Below, piece by piece: positions 9,063-22,397 of a DNA stretch of 64,000 nt. The stretch's first letter is position 1. Each line of letters starts with the position of its first letter. Source of the stretch: Sphyrna mokarran. Taxonomy: Eukaryota. Under the pieces are notes generated by a model, which was given only the letters and a program-made list of their open reading frames with translations, searched no databases and was not told the origin of the DNA. Made by a program: the position numbers and the translations under genes. Where the stretch lies: the NCBI GenBank assembly GCA_024679065.1, contig JAGIQG010000009.1, forward strand, positions 85,808,001-85,872,000. The letters are read 5' to 3'.

Positions 9063-11849
9063 GTAGGAAATGGGCACCTAGTGGGTGGGGGAGGTACGTG
9101 AGATTATAACTTTTGAACTCCATGGAATGGCAAAACTTCACAAAGTCAAACAGTTGCATTTGGAGAGAGATGGTGAAATTGAATCATTGGAATGGATTTG
9201 CCCAGATGAGCATCTTTCTACAAAGCATCTGTTGTATGAATTGGAAGTTTAAGTTCATCTTGGAGGGTATGACCTGGTGGGCATTGCAACTCAATAATCA
9301 GGAATTAAAGATACTCAGAAATAAGATCAGGAAAATGATAGGATGGTGTAACCTTAATGATTATGGATAAATTCAGAACTCATATAATGAGAGGTATGAA
9401 GTGGAGTCATTCTGAATAGAATGAAAAGAGGAAAAGGATTGAAGGCTGGACTAGGAGTTGTGCATTGACACTAGTACAGCTGTTGTAATAGGTAGCAAAG
9501 ACTGGGTGTGAGGTTTATTCTTTCATAGAAATTAGGAAAAACAGATATGCAACTATCAGACAGACTGTGAAATTTCCAAATGTTTGTGGCATAGTTTTCT
9601 AATACAAATTCTAGAATCCCAGAATTAGCCTGGTAAATTTCACTGCACTGTCAAGAACAAGACCATCCTTCCTTAGAAAAAAAGACCAAAACTGCACACG
9701 GTATTCTAGGTGTGGCCTCATCAATGCCCTGTATAATTGCAACAACACATCCCTGCTCCTGTACTCAACCTTTTAAAGCTAACATGCCATTTGCTGTCTT
9801 TACCACCTGCTGTACCTGCATGCTTATCTTCAATGATTGGTGCAGAAGGACACCCAGGTCCCACTGCACACTCCCCTCTCCCAATTTACAACCATTCAGG
9901 TGGTAATCTGCCTTGATTTTGTTTCCAAAGTGAATACCCAATTTAGACTCCTAAAATCCAAAAGCTCCACTTGCCACAAATGGTAGTCGTGAACAATTCA
10001 ACAGACAACATAAAAGAAAAAGATACAAAAAAATTGCACAGACCCCGGTAAATGGGAAACAGACCAAAAAAAGCAAATTTTGTTCCTTTATGGAATGTGG
10101 TAAGGCCAGCATTTATTGCCCATCCCTAATTACTTACCAGGCCATTTCAAGGGCAGTTGCTAAAAGTCACCTAGGCTCAACCAGGTAAGGATGACAGATT
10201 TCCTTCCTTAAAGGACATTATGAACCAGATGGATTTTTACAATAACTGACAGTGGTATTTGAACCATTGTCTCCACAGCATTCACCTGGACTCTGGATTA
10301 TTACTTCAGTGGTGTTAGCACTGTGCTGGCCTTCCCAGAAAGTTACAAAAATAGATATGAAAAGAAATTTGTGTGGGGTAGCAAAATTAACGCATGAAGT
10401 AGATGAGGTGAAAAGTTTGAAACATTGGGCCCTTTGAAAACTGATGTATATTGTCAGTGGGAATACAAAATGGGGAACACGTCAGTATCTTCTGTAGAGG
10501 AAGAAAGCAGTGTGTCAGTAAATTTAATGTTCTCTGTGTGCCAGGGACTCAACACAATTCTCATTAATATTAAATGACATTGGATGGCGACTAAACCCCA
10601 AGGCCAGATAAGAGTAATGTTTGAATAGCAATCTCCAAAGCTTTTTCAATTGTATAACCATTCCTTTTAGATTGGAAAATTTATACTCCTCTCCCTTCAC
10701 TATTGAGAAAAGTGAAAGGGGGAGAGCAGGGAATTATAGATCCATTATCCTATTGTGAGTATCAGGAAATGATGAGAATCTAGCATTAAAGATGGGGTGA
10801 TTGAACACTAGTCTTTTCGGCTGCTCAGAGACAGCATGGATTTGCAAAGAGAACTTGCGTCAAATGACCGAATGAAGTGTTTGAAGAGGTGATTAATGTA
10901 AGTGAACACGTGAATTTTATCCGTACGAAAAAACATTTGATCAAATCTCTTGAGAGGATATTAAATAAAGCTTAAACTCATGAAATTTGAGGTCAATTAC
11001 TGACCTTGTTATCTTAGAACCTGTAAAAGACACTCGAACTCTTAAATTTATTGCACAAAATGTTTCCTTTACTGTGCTGACCCAATTTACCACAAAATTA
11101 CACGTGGCATTAAACTTCATTACACACAAAATAACTAAACTCTGTCCTTCTTCATTACAAGTATTCAAAAGTTATCAAAACTTCACAAAATTCAAACCCA
11201 TAGCTTGGACTTGAGAGATACAACTCAGTTTTGAGAGGGAGATTTTATCCAAGTGTGTATCTGAACATGTTTGTGCTTCACCAGCTATTTTTTTTCATGG
11301 CTTCAATTTCCTTCTGATTGTCCTTGCCTGTTGCATAATATTAATATATATTTGAGTTTTAGCTAGCTTTTTTTATTCCCCTTTGTAGGAGAAATCTAAT
11401 ACTGATTCTGTATTTTAAGAAGATTTCTCTTGGATTTATTTGGGTTTTTTTTTTGGTAATGCTAAGAGAGGTTTCTACCAGCTCAATCTTGTCTATTCTA
11501 TTGAGATTTGGGATTTTAAGCAGAGGATGGACATTTGAATAGGGCTTCCTATTCTTATCTGGTCTTTTGCCTCACATGTTTCCAGACCTTAATCCAAATA
11601 CTATTGCAGCACTATTTATTTTCTTTCAGAATATGATCCTAGTTTTAACACGTTTAGCTGGTGTTATAGTTATCATAAATGTAAATCTTCAATAGTCACA
11701 GCTCAAATTTTGTCCCCTATTAGCATACACTTGCTAACTTTCTTTTAAAAGCTCAATTAACCCAATATAGATAAATAATAGCTCCAATGTTTTTTTTAAT
11801 GTCTGTTGTACATTAATGTCCTCTAATTGTAGAGGAAATGTCTCCGTTA

Positions 11850-13601
11850 TGGAAATTATAGGCTGGTGAGTTTGACATCAGTGGTAGGGAAGCTGTTGGA
11901 GGGAATTCTTAGGATGTATAGGCACTTAGAGCGTTGCAATCTGATTAGGGATACACAGCATGGATTTGTTAAGGGGAGGTCGTGCGTTGCAAATTTGGTA
12001 GCATTTTTTGAGGAGGTGACAAATGGTTGACATCAACGGCTCGCCCTTCGTCTATATGGATTTCAGTAAGGCGTTTGATAAAGTCCCTCGTGGGAGGTTA
12101 GTTGAGAAGGTCAAGGCTCATGGGATACAAGGACAGGTAGCTAGATGGATAAGTAACTGGCTTGGTAATAGGAGACAGTAATAGTGGAAGGGTTTTTTTA
12201 ACTGGAGGTCGGTCACTAGTGGTGTGCCGCAGGGCTTGGTATTAGGACCTCTTTGTAATATACATAAATGACTTGGAAGAGGGAGTAAGTGGAGTGATCA
12301 GTAAGTTTGCAGATGGTACAAAGATGGCTGGACTTGCAGATAGTGAGGAGCATTGTCAGGCAATGCAGCAGGACATGGGTGAGTAGCTTGGGCAGACAGA
12401 TGGCAGATGGAATTCAATCCTGATAAATGTGAGGTGATGCATTTTGGGAGAAATATGATAAAGGGTAGACCTATTAAGAGTATAGAAACGCAGAGGGACC
12501 TGGTGGTGTAAGTCTCTGAAGGTGGCAGAGCAAGTGGAGAAGGTTGTGAAGAAAGCATATAGTATGCTAGCCTTTATAGGAAGGAGTATAGAGTACAAGA
12601 GCTGGCCTTTAATGTTGCAGTTGTATAAAACGTTGGTTAGACCTCATTTGGAATACTGCGTCCAGTTCTGGTCGCCTTACTACCGGAAGGACGTGGAGAT
12701 TCTGGAGAGAGTGCAGAGGAGGTTTACCAGGATGCTGCCTGGTATGGAAGGTCTGAGTTACGAGGAGAGGTTAGGCAAATTGGGACTGTTTTCCTTAGAA
12801 AGACATAGACTTGGAGATCTATAGAGGTATACAAGATTGAGGGATATAGACAGAGTAAACAGGGCTAAGCTTTTTCCTAGGATGGTCTCAGCACGAGGGG
12901 TCACGGGCTTAGGGTGAGGGGGGTAAGGTATAATTTGGATGCTAGAGGGAGTTTTTTCAGAGGGTGGGGAATGTGCTGCCAAGTAAAGTGGTGGAGGTAG
13001 GCACTCTGGAGTTATTTAAGAAATACCCAGATGGGCACATGAACAGAATGGGAACGGAGGAGTATAGAAAACTGATTTAAAATAGGGATCATGAGCCTTG
13101 GGAGTTCCTGGGAAGTGTGTAAATAGACAATGATATTGATGTGCTTGTTTTTATCCTACAGGTGCTTTGGTCCACCTTGTTGTCTAACAAGGGGCGTACA
13201 AGCGATGGGTCGTGAGGGGGCTGCTCTTGGAGTTTTTTTTTTGAGTCTCCTAGTGATTTACGTAGTTGGTGTATATTTGACCTGGACCATTTGATGGGCA
13301 ACATGACAGCTCAGTGACTATTGCTGTACTGTGCAGATACATGGATTTGGGCCTGTGTCTGTGGGAGTTTGCGTATTCTCCCTGTGCTTGCGTGGGTTTT
13401 CTCCGGTTTCCTCCCACATCCCAAAGATGTGCTCTTAGGCTAATTGGCAAAACAAATTCTCCCTAAATTGTCTCAAATTTGGTTTTTAATCCATAGATCT
13501 ATAAACAGACAGGGATCACGGATAGAGGTGGGAACATCGGGGTGGCGGTGTGGTCTCGTTGGGCCGAAGGGCCTGTTTCCCAAGCTGTTTGGTTCTTTGT
13601 C
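11850..13601 (+). mobile_element. CR1 LINE family B (SINE-containing 3'UTR), 5'-truncated, inside MHC intron 5
   Basis: RT C-terminus ([19 protein letters not shown]) and a long 3'UTR shared with five other copies. Confidence 0.9.
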
Positions 13602-14634
13602 TCCAATGACACTCATCTTTGTTGCAGCGACAATTATCAAGGTTACTGTGAACACTTGAGACCCAGATTCCTGTGGGCAGCACTGTGGCAAGCACTGCTG
13701 CTTCATAGTGCCAGGGAGCTGTGTTCAATTCTAGCCTTGGGTGATCATTTGTAAATTTCTTATTTTGTTATCGCAACTTACCATCCCACCTATTTTGGTA
13801 TCTATCATCTACCAATTTGGCTATGGTACCTTCTATCCCTGTATTCAAGTCATTATTAATGTAGATTGTAAGTAGTTGACCCCTGAGCACCGAACCCTAT
13901 GCACCCCAGTATAAACATCATGCCAACCACATGACTAATTTACCCTCTCTGCTTTCCTTTTGTTAGCCAATCTTCTATCCAAGATAACAAATTACTCCTA
14001 ATCCCATGTGACCAAACCTTGTGTATTAACCTTTCGTGTGTTATCTTATCAAATGCCTCCTGGAAGTCCAGATCTACAAAACCTACTAGATTCCTGTTAT
14101 TCATCTCGCTGGTTACAGGTTCAGAAAAAAATTATTAGTCAAAAATATTACTGCTTTTCTATTTGGAGGGAAGAATCAGGGTGGGGGAGAAGAGGTAATT
14201 TTGGTAGTGGGGAAGACACTTCTTCGAGAAGTTCTGGTTTGACCACACCTGAAATACTGGGAGCAGCTTTGGGCTTAACACTATAGGAAGAAGATATTTG
14301 CCTTCAGAGGAGTGTAGCTTGGCTGAAAAGGTGAGAGATTTTTTAAAAAGTTAGGAATGTATTCTCTTCAATCTTGGAAGCTGAGAAATGATCTAATGAA
14401 ATTTAAGGTAATGAGAATATATGGGAAGACACTGCTTTCACTGGCTGGGAGTCAGATTGTAGATTAGCTATGATCTCATTGAATGTCAAAACCACTTCTA
14501 TGACCCTGAATAGTCTCCTCCCATTATAATGTATTTATCTTCCTTTGTGTGTGATCCTGGCTGGGAGAGAGAAAATGATTGTGTCTCCTCTCTGAATGTT
14601 GTTCTCTGCTCACTGAGAATTCCTTGTTTTACAG

Positions 14635-14667
14635 CAGGGCAGAAGACTGGCTACAATCCAGCAAAGA
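14635..14667 (+). CDS. MHC class I exon 6 (cytoplasmic, Tyr-containing)
   Basis: ttttacag|CAGGGCAG...AAGA|gtaagt, 33 nt, phase 1; AGQKTGYNPAK. Confidence 0.85.
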
Positions 14668-14918
14668 GTAAGTGTGCCTCAAATCACTGCATCTTTATCT
14701 AAGAGCAGGAAACATTACTTGCACTCTGTGTACAGTCATTGGTTTATTGTTATCTTCATTGGTATGTGATGTCTCCCTTTTGTGTGTGTGTGTGTGAGAC
14801 GTCCATTCTCTTGTGTTTCTACGTGTCAGCCTCTGGCCCCCTCTGTACTTGTGACCCTCTTTGTGTCTGTGGCTCACTGTTGGTGAAGTTTTGTAATGCT
14901 TGTTTTTTTTGTTAACAG

Positions 14919-14965
14919 CTTCTGACAAAGCAGAATCTTCATCAAATTCTTCTGCTACTGCCTAA
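14919..14965 (+). CDS. MHC class I exon 7 (cytoplasmic, stop codon)
   Basis: ttttgttaacag|CT TCT GAC...GCC TAA; TSDKAESSSNSSATA*; possible donor AG|GT at 14967/14968. Confidence 0.85.
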
Positions 14966-16140
14966 AGGTGCGAACATTCCTGATCAATTGTGAGCAGATT
15001 GTGCACTGGCTTTGAAGTTGTTGTTTCCTGCACACTCAGCGTGGGAACTGGCTCTGCATATGTGCATTAAGGACGGGGAGGATTTTCCAGCCCTTCAGAG
15101 CATGTTCTTCAGCAATGGAGGCAGCTAACGGTTGGCTACCAATTGGGATTTTCTAGTCCCTGTGTCTGCACCATTGGCTACCTCTGGAGAATCTCGTCAT
15201 GGGTTGTGCAATTTGACACAGCTTAGGAATGGACCTCCTGGAGTAACGGACGTGAGGCATGGATATCTTGGGTAGTTGTGAGGGAGGAGTTGGGAACTGC
15301 TCTCATCACTGACCCGGGATGTGTCTGCTGTCAGCTGCTCCATGGGGACTTGTTTTGCCCCTCCTCCATAGTCATACATTACAGAAAAAGCCCTTTGGCC
15401 CATCGAATCTGCACCAATAATAGCCATTGGTAAATTCACATCAATCCTATTTTCATGCACTTATTTCAAATCCTTCAATATTATATTTCAAGTGCTCTTT
15501 ATATGTTTTTTAAAGGTTGTTTATCTTCCCAGACAGTGCATTCCAGATTCCCACAACTGAGTGAAAAAGCTTTTTTCAAATCCCCCCCACCCCCCCCCCC
15601 CAATCCTTGAATCTCCTGATATCCAAGATTTCCTGAACCTATTGCTCTTGCACTTAGCCCTAAACATGTTAATACTCTTCCCAGCTCCTTACTGAATGTC
15701 GCCCCACTCTGCTCTGCATGCCCCCCCCCCCTGCCACACTGCTCTGCCAGAAACTTATCCATTGTCAACTTTGGTCAAATCCTTCTTTATTTTACTAAAA
15801 TCTGCTTTTTCCCCAATTCAAAGTTGACTTTTGCAAGCCAATTTTCTCCTTCTCATAACAAACTTGAACTGTAACATGTTGTGCTCACTACTGCTGAGAT
15901 GCTGCCACGTTGAATACTTTCAGCTTCGTTTCCCCAGAACCAGATCCTACACTACAACTATCCTTTGGGCCTTCTGCTTACTGATGCAAGAAACTCTCTA
16001 GCTTAAACCCTTTACACAATGACAATCCCAATTTATTTTGGGGAAGTTGAAATTTTTCAGGATAGTTCACTGATGTGTGTAAGAAAGTAAATTATCTTTT
16101 ATATCTACTATCTCTTTCCTCCTGACTCTTTTGGGGACCT

Positions 16141-17200
16141 CAAAGAACAAAGAAAATTACATCTCAGGACCAGGCCCTTTGGCCCTCCAAGCCTGCACTG
16201 ACCATGCTGCACAACTTAACCAAAACCCCCTACCCTTCTAAAGACATATCCCTCTATTCCAATCTAGTCATGTATTTGTCAAGACGATGCCCCTTAAGTC
16301 ACCACCGTATTCGCTTGCACTACCTCCTGCAGCAATGAGTTCCAGGCACCCACTACCCTGAGGGGGGGCGTGGGGTGGAGAAAACCTGCCTCATACATTT
16401 CCTTTTAAACCTTGTCCCTCGCACCTTAAACCTGTGCCCCCTAGTAATTGATTCTGAAACCCTGGGGGAAAACCTTCTGATTATCCACTCTGTCCATGCT
16501 CCTCTCAATTTTGTAGATTTCTATCAGGTCACCCCTCAACTTCTGTCATTTTAGTAAGAACAAACCAAATTTCTCCAACTTCTTCTCATAGCTAATGATT
16601 TCCAATTCAGTCAACATCCTGGTAAATCTTTTCTGTACCCTATCTGAAGCCTCCACACCCTGTGTGGCGACCAGAATTGAACACTATATTGCAAGTGCGG
16701 CCTAACTAAGGTTTTGTAAAGCTGCAACATGAGTTGACAATTTTTAACTTAATGCTCCGACTGCTGAAGGCAAATACGCTGTATACCTTCGTGACTACCT
16801 GTCCACCTACATTGCCACTTTCAGTGACCTGTGTACCTGTACATCCAGATCCCTTTATCTGTCAAGACACTTAAAGGCTCTGCCATTTACTGTATATTTC
16901 CTACATGTATTTGACAGTCCAAAATGCATTACCTCACATTTGTCTGGATTAAACTCCATCTGCCATCTTTCTGTACAAGTCTCCAGCTAATCTATATCTG
17001 CTGTATCCTCTGATCCTCATTGCTATCTGCAAATTAATAACCTTTGTGTTGTCAGCAAACTTGCTGATCAATCCAGTTACTTTTTCCTCCAAATCGTTGT
17101 ATACTTGTACAAACAGCAAAGGTCCCAGCACTGATCCCTGAGGAGTGTTTCTTGTCACAGCCCTCCATTCAGAAACACCTTTCCACTGCCTGTGTCTTTT
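16141..17200 (-). mobile_element. Degraded CR1 3' part
   Basis: [11 protein letters not shown]...ISKFAD motifs; (CAAAGAA)n-type tail at 16141. Confidence 0.85.
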
Positions 17201-17689
17201 TTTGACCAATGGAAGTTATGATGTGGAGATGCCGGTGTTGAACTGGTGTTAAAATAAGCATTAAAGTAAACACCATCCAACCTTGTCTTACTCTCTTGAT
17301 GCTCAACATGGTTAAATTCTCTCTGCTATAGTAAAGGAAGCAAGTCAGTGTGTCTCTATTAATGTCCTGTGTCCTCTCCTACCAGACTCCTCCCAACAGC
17401 AATAGCAAAGCTATCCACAAAAATATTGGCCTAATGTGGATCCCGGGGCAAAATGTCCCATTTGTACATGTCCCACCGCCCCCAGAAAAAGTCCCAGTCA
17501 TCCAGCAAACTTAAATCCTCCTTCCTGCACCACCTCTTGAGCCATGTATTCATCTGTCCTATTTTCATTTCTCACTGGAACTGTTATTGGTTTTTGGAGA
17601 GCGATAGATCGGGTGGGAGGGGGTTGAGCCTGATGGGTTTGTTGTGTGGATTTGCCTCACTCTAACCATCTTTTATTTCTCTTCCTCAG

Positions 17690-19150
17690 TGACATTTTAT
17701 GGAGTTCAATCAACTAATGAATGGAGCTGATGAGAAAAATGGAGAGAATGGGTTTTCATCACTGACTCTTTCTGAAACTGATTGTAACTGCGATTGGGAG
17801 GGGGGGTGGGATCTGTACATACACAAATTTTGTGCTTTGAATAGGGAATACCTGATGAATTAAGCTTTAACTTGCACTGTTTGCGCAAACACTGGGAAAA
17901 TGGGTGGAATTTTCCATTCTGGAGATACGGTCTTATGGTAGGACTAAACAGGAATGACTTTGCTGAAGAGTTGAACACACACAGGATGTTGCGCTGTTCA
18001 ATTTGCTGATTTTTGCATCGGTGAGGAGGATGACATGGTGATACAGGCAGCAAGTGGTCTGACTCTGTTACTGCATAGGCTCTAACAAGTCCTTCAGTCC
18101 TTCACTCTGCTCCTTGACTGCTGTTCCCCTCACCCCTGTGCTACCACATGCTCAGATACGGACATGTTATCTCCAATACATTACTCCTCTTTACCCAGCC
18201 TTGACACTGTATGTAACTGATAACAGTGCGAAAGCAACACTTAGCCTCAAAGTCCAGGAGGAAGTCAAACTCATCAAGTGTGTTCTGCTTGTATACAGTC
18301 TTCCTGGTGGGATACTTAATTGCAGAGGGAATAAAACTCCAGAGTGTTGGCCCTTTAATCATTCATGAGATGCAAATAGCATTCTTGACATAGCTGTATG
18401 GTCTTTAACCCATCATGAAAATAGGGTACAAAGATTCCAAACTGACTTCTTGCCACTAGGAGTCTGATTTCTGATTTTCCATCAAATCTTTGCTATTCTA
18501 CCTGCTACAATTTCTGCTGCTGCTGAGAATGGAAAGTTCTGTCCACTGATTCATACATTGATTTCATTCTGGGGCTTGTTTGCAATACTGCATTTTAACA
18601 GTTAAATCTCATTCATTATTTGTGAGGGGAAGGGGAAAGATTCAATAGAGCAATGATTCAGATCTCCATCTCTCAGCTGCTGGCTCTCAAATGCACAATT
18701 GGGGTCTGGGAGTCCAACTGCACCAAGTCCAGCTGGTTTTTGCTGATTAAGTCCATGGGGCCTCGGTTCTGTACCATGTGGACAGCCTTGATTCTGCAGT
18801 AGGTGGGGGTGGGGAGCCTATTGAAGGGATCTGCTTCATAAGATTGTCCTGGGAAAAGCAAAGTGATTGGGAGGTACAACACAGCACAGGATACAGGCCC
18901 TTTGGCCTAACAAGCCCGTGCTGCCACCTCAATGTTTCCACTTCCACCCATGAGCCTTGTCTGTGTTGATAGAAATCTGCATTGGAACCAAATTGATTTA
19001 TGTTCCGTGACTTTACATAACACAGTTTTTGCTTGAGTAATTGGAGATTGGAAAGGAGTACTTGGTTATGCTTTGCAAAAGGTGATTTAATTTGTATTTG
19101 CTATTTTATATTAAATTCTAATAAATTAGATTTGGACTCCAAATCTGTCT
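17690..19150 (+). other. Probable non-coding terminal (3'UTR) exon of the MHC class I gene
   Basis: Branch-like TCTAAC (17661), pyrimidine tract and CAG acceptor ending at 17689; largely repeat-free sequence; AATAAA at 18330 and 19120. Confidence 0.5.
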
Positions 19151-19414
19151 TTGTCAAATGTATCTAACAAATAATAAGGAACATTCAAATCTTGTAACAA
19201 TCAAATTCCCCAAGTATCTCAGTGTTTAATATTAAAAGTGTGATTTATTTCAAACTTGTCAGAATGGATGGAAATCAAGAAATGGGAGGGAGGAAGTTGA
19301 GAAAATTACAGTCAGCAGGAAGTGCTTTTGAGAAAATTGGAATTGTGGACTGAGAACCCCAGGCCATTACGGATTTCATTCTATAATCTTGAAAGAAATG
19401 CTTCACAAGATAGT

Positions 19415-19765
19415 TAGAACATAGAACATTACAGCACAGAACAGGCCCTTCGGCCTTCGATGTTGCGCCGACCAATATAAAAAGCAATGCCCCTCCAAAC
19501 TAAACCATTCCCTTCTCTTCCATATACTTATCAACTAACCTCTTAAACGCCACCAAACTTGGCGCATCTACAACCGCTGCAGGCAGGGCATTCCACTCCC
19601 GAACCACCCTTTGGGTAAAGAACCTACCTCTGATATCCATCCATAACTATCACCCCTTAATTTAAAGCTGTGTCCCCTCGTGCTAGCTTTTTCCATCTGA
19701 GGAAAAAGGCTATCACTATCCACCCTATCTATACCTCTAATCATCTTATATGTTTCGATTAGGTA
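19415..19765 (-). mobile_element. CR1 family A 3' fragment
   Basis: (TAGAACA)n tail; similar to 22635-22980. Confidence 0.88.
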
Positions 19766-19769
19766 ATAG

Positions 19770-21990
19770 TTGATGCATGAGTTTAAATCTTCCAAAATTT
19801 CCCAGATTTGGAGGTTTCTGTTAAATTAGAAAATAACAAATATAATTCCCTTTGTTCAAAAGGGGAGACAGAAAGCAGGAAACTACAGGCTAGTTAGTCT
19901 AACATCTGCCATGGAGGAAACGTTAGTCATTATAGAAAAAGTTGTAACCAGATGCTTAAATTCAAACAATCAAGCAGAGCCAACATGGTTTTGTGAAAAA
20001 GGAAATTCTGTTTAAACACTTGTATTGAAGTTCCATGTAATATGGGTAAAGAGAAATTGGTAGATATACTATTTGGATTTCTAGAGACATTTGATAAGGT
20101 GCCATATCAAAGGTTATTGTAAATCAAAGCTCATGGTGTGTGGGTAATATATGCATGAATTGCAGATTGTTTCCTGTTAGTTTAACCAGTTGGTATAAAT
20201 GGGTCTTTTTCTATTTGGCAGGAATGAATTGTGTACCATGGATCAGTGCTGGGCCTCAACTTTTTACAGTGTATATATAAATGGATAAATCTTGATAAAT
20301 TTGCTCATTGCTTATGTGTCAAAGCAGACATTGAGGATGTTACAAAGGGATATGTCAAATGGAGTATAATGTGGACAAATGGAAAGTTTCCATTTTTGGC
20401 AGGAATTAAATAAAAGTAACTGAAATTGTGAGAAATTGCAGAGCTGATATGCACATAGGAACACTAACAATGTTATTTATTTTGAGGGGAAACTAATTAC
20501 AAAGATAGGAAGGTTATGCTTATGTTGTACAAGGCATTGGTGAGACCACATCTGGAATATTGTATATAGTATTGGTTTCCTTATTTAAGAACAAAACAGC
20601 ACGGAAAACAGGCCCAACGAGTCCACGCTACCACCCCAATGTTCCCACCTCTACCCGCGATCCCTGTCCATGTTTATAGATCTATGGATTAAAAATCAAA
20701 TTTGAGACAATTTAGGGAGAATTTGTTTTGCCAATTAGCCTAAGAGCACATCTTTGGGATGTGGGAGGAAACCGGAGCACCCGGAGAAAACTCACGCAAG
20801 CACGGGGAGAATGCACAAACTCCCACAGACACAGGCCCAAATCCATGTATCTGCACAGCACAGCGATAGTCACTGAGCTGTTGTGTTGCCCATCAAATGG
20901 TCCAGGTCAAGCGTACACCAACAACGTGAAGCACTAGGATACTCTCAAAAGATCCAAGAGCAGCCCTCTCATGACCCATCGTGTGTATGCCCCTCGTTAG
21001 ACAACAAGGTGGACCAAAGCACCTGTAGGATAAAAACAAATACATCAATATCATCCATCATCTATTTACTCACTTCCCAGGGACTCCCAAGGCTCATGAT
21101 CCCTATTTTAAATCAGTTTTCTATACCCCTCCATTCCCATTCTGTTCATGTGTCCATCTAAGTATTTCGTAAATAACTCGAGTGCCAGCCTCCACCACTT
21201 TACTTGGCAGCGCATTCCATACCCCCACCACCCTCTGTGTGAAAAAACTCCCTCTAGCATCCAAATTATACCTTACCCCCCTCACCTAAGCCTGTGACCC
21301 TGCGTTCTATTTGAGTCCATCCTAGGAAAAAGCTTAACCTTGTTTACTCTATCTATCCCCTTCATAATCTTGTACACCTCTATTAGATCTCCTCTAAGTC
21401 TACGTCTTTCTAAGGAAGACGGTCCCAATTTGCCTAATCTCTCCTCATAACTCAGACCTTCCATACCAGGCAGTATCCTGGTAAACCTCCTCTGCACTCT
21501 CTCCAGAGTCTCCACGTCCTTCTGGTAGTAAGGCGACCAGAACTGGACGAAAAGATGTAAAAGGCTTAACAGGCAGTTCAGAAAAAGGTTTACTGGATTA
21601 ATACTAGGAATGGGTGAGTTGTCTTATGATAAAAGGCTGGAGAGGTTTTGTGTATCCAGGAAAGTTTCGAAGAGTAAATGACAAATTGAGCCATACACGG
21701 AGAAAATGTTTCCTCTTACGGGAAAATCTAGAACAAGGTCACTGATTTACAAATAAGAATATTTAAGATTGAGATGAGGCAAATGTATTTCTCTCACACT
21801 GAATTCAGTCTCTGGAACTCCCTTTTCAAAAGGCAGTGGAAACAGAACCTTTAAATCTTTTTATTAACAAGGGGGTGAAAGGGATTGGGGATGGACAGGA
21901 ATGTGGAGTTGAGGTTGCAATCAGAAGCCACAATTTTAGTGACTGAGCGGGCTTAAGAGGCCAAATATCCTATTCCTGTTCTTAATTCAT
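19770..21990 (+). mobile_element. Old CR1 relic interrupted by a CR1 family B copy (20587-21549, minus strand)
   Basis: RT remnants ([13 protein letters not shown]) resume after 21549; the insert matches the family B 3'UTR. Confidence 0.8.
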
Positions 21991-22397
21991 ATGATCGTAG
22001 CAGCAAGTGTCAGAGTAAAACACAAGCATTATCAACAAAGGTAAATGCTGAATTTAGAGTGATGAAAAACTGACCTTAATTAATGCCAAAGAAACAATAA
22101 ATGGTGCAAAAATAAAATGTTCAACCGCAGGACACAAAATGGGAGGTTGATGTCGAGACACTTGAAGTCCAGACAAAAATGCTGATTGAATTTTAGAGAC
22201 TTTTGAAAAGGGATTAACAAAGAGGAAAAGATCAGCAACATTATAGGATAGAAAAGTGCAGAAGCAAAGCTAGGGGTTCACGTATACATTAAATAAAACC
22301 TGATCTGCTTGCATTGTCACATTCAAATTAATGAGAAAATCCCCAATGTTGCTTCAATATTTAAGAATTGGAAGAATAAATGAGGCAGGTATAGATC

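Larger units (their letters stand above)
7616..14965 (+). pseudogene. MHC class I alpha (heavy) chain gene, classical/UAA-like, frameshifted in alpha1 and without an identifiable leader exon
   Basis: Six phase-1 exons with AG/GT boundaries encoding alpha1, alpha2, alpha3 (Ig C1), TM and two cytoplasmic segments; the alpha1 exon is 260 nt (not a multiple of 3) with in-frame TGA at 7729-7731. Confidence 0.85.
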
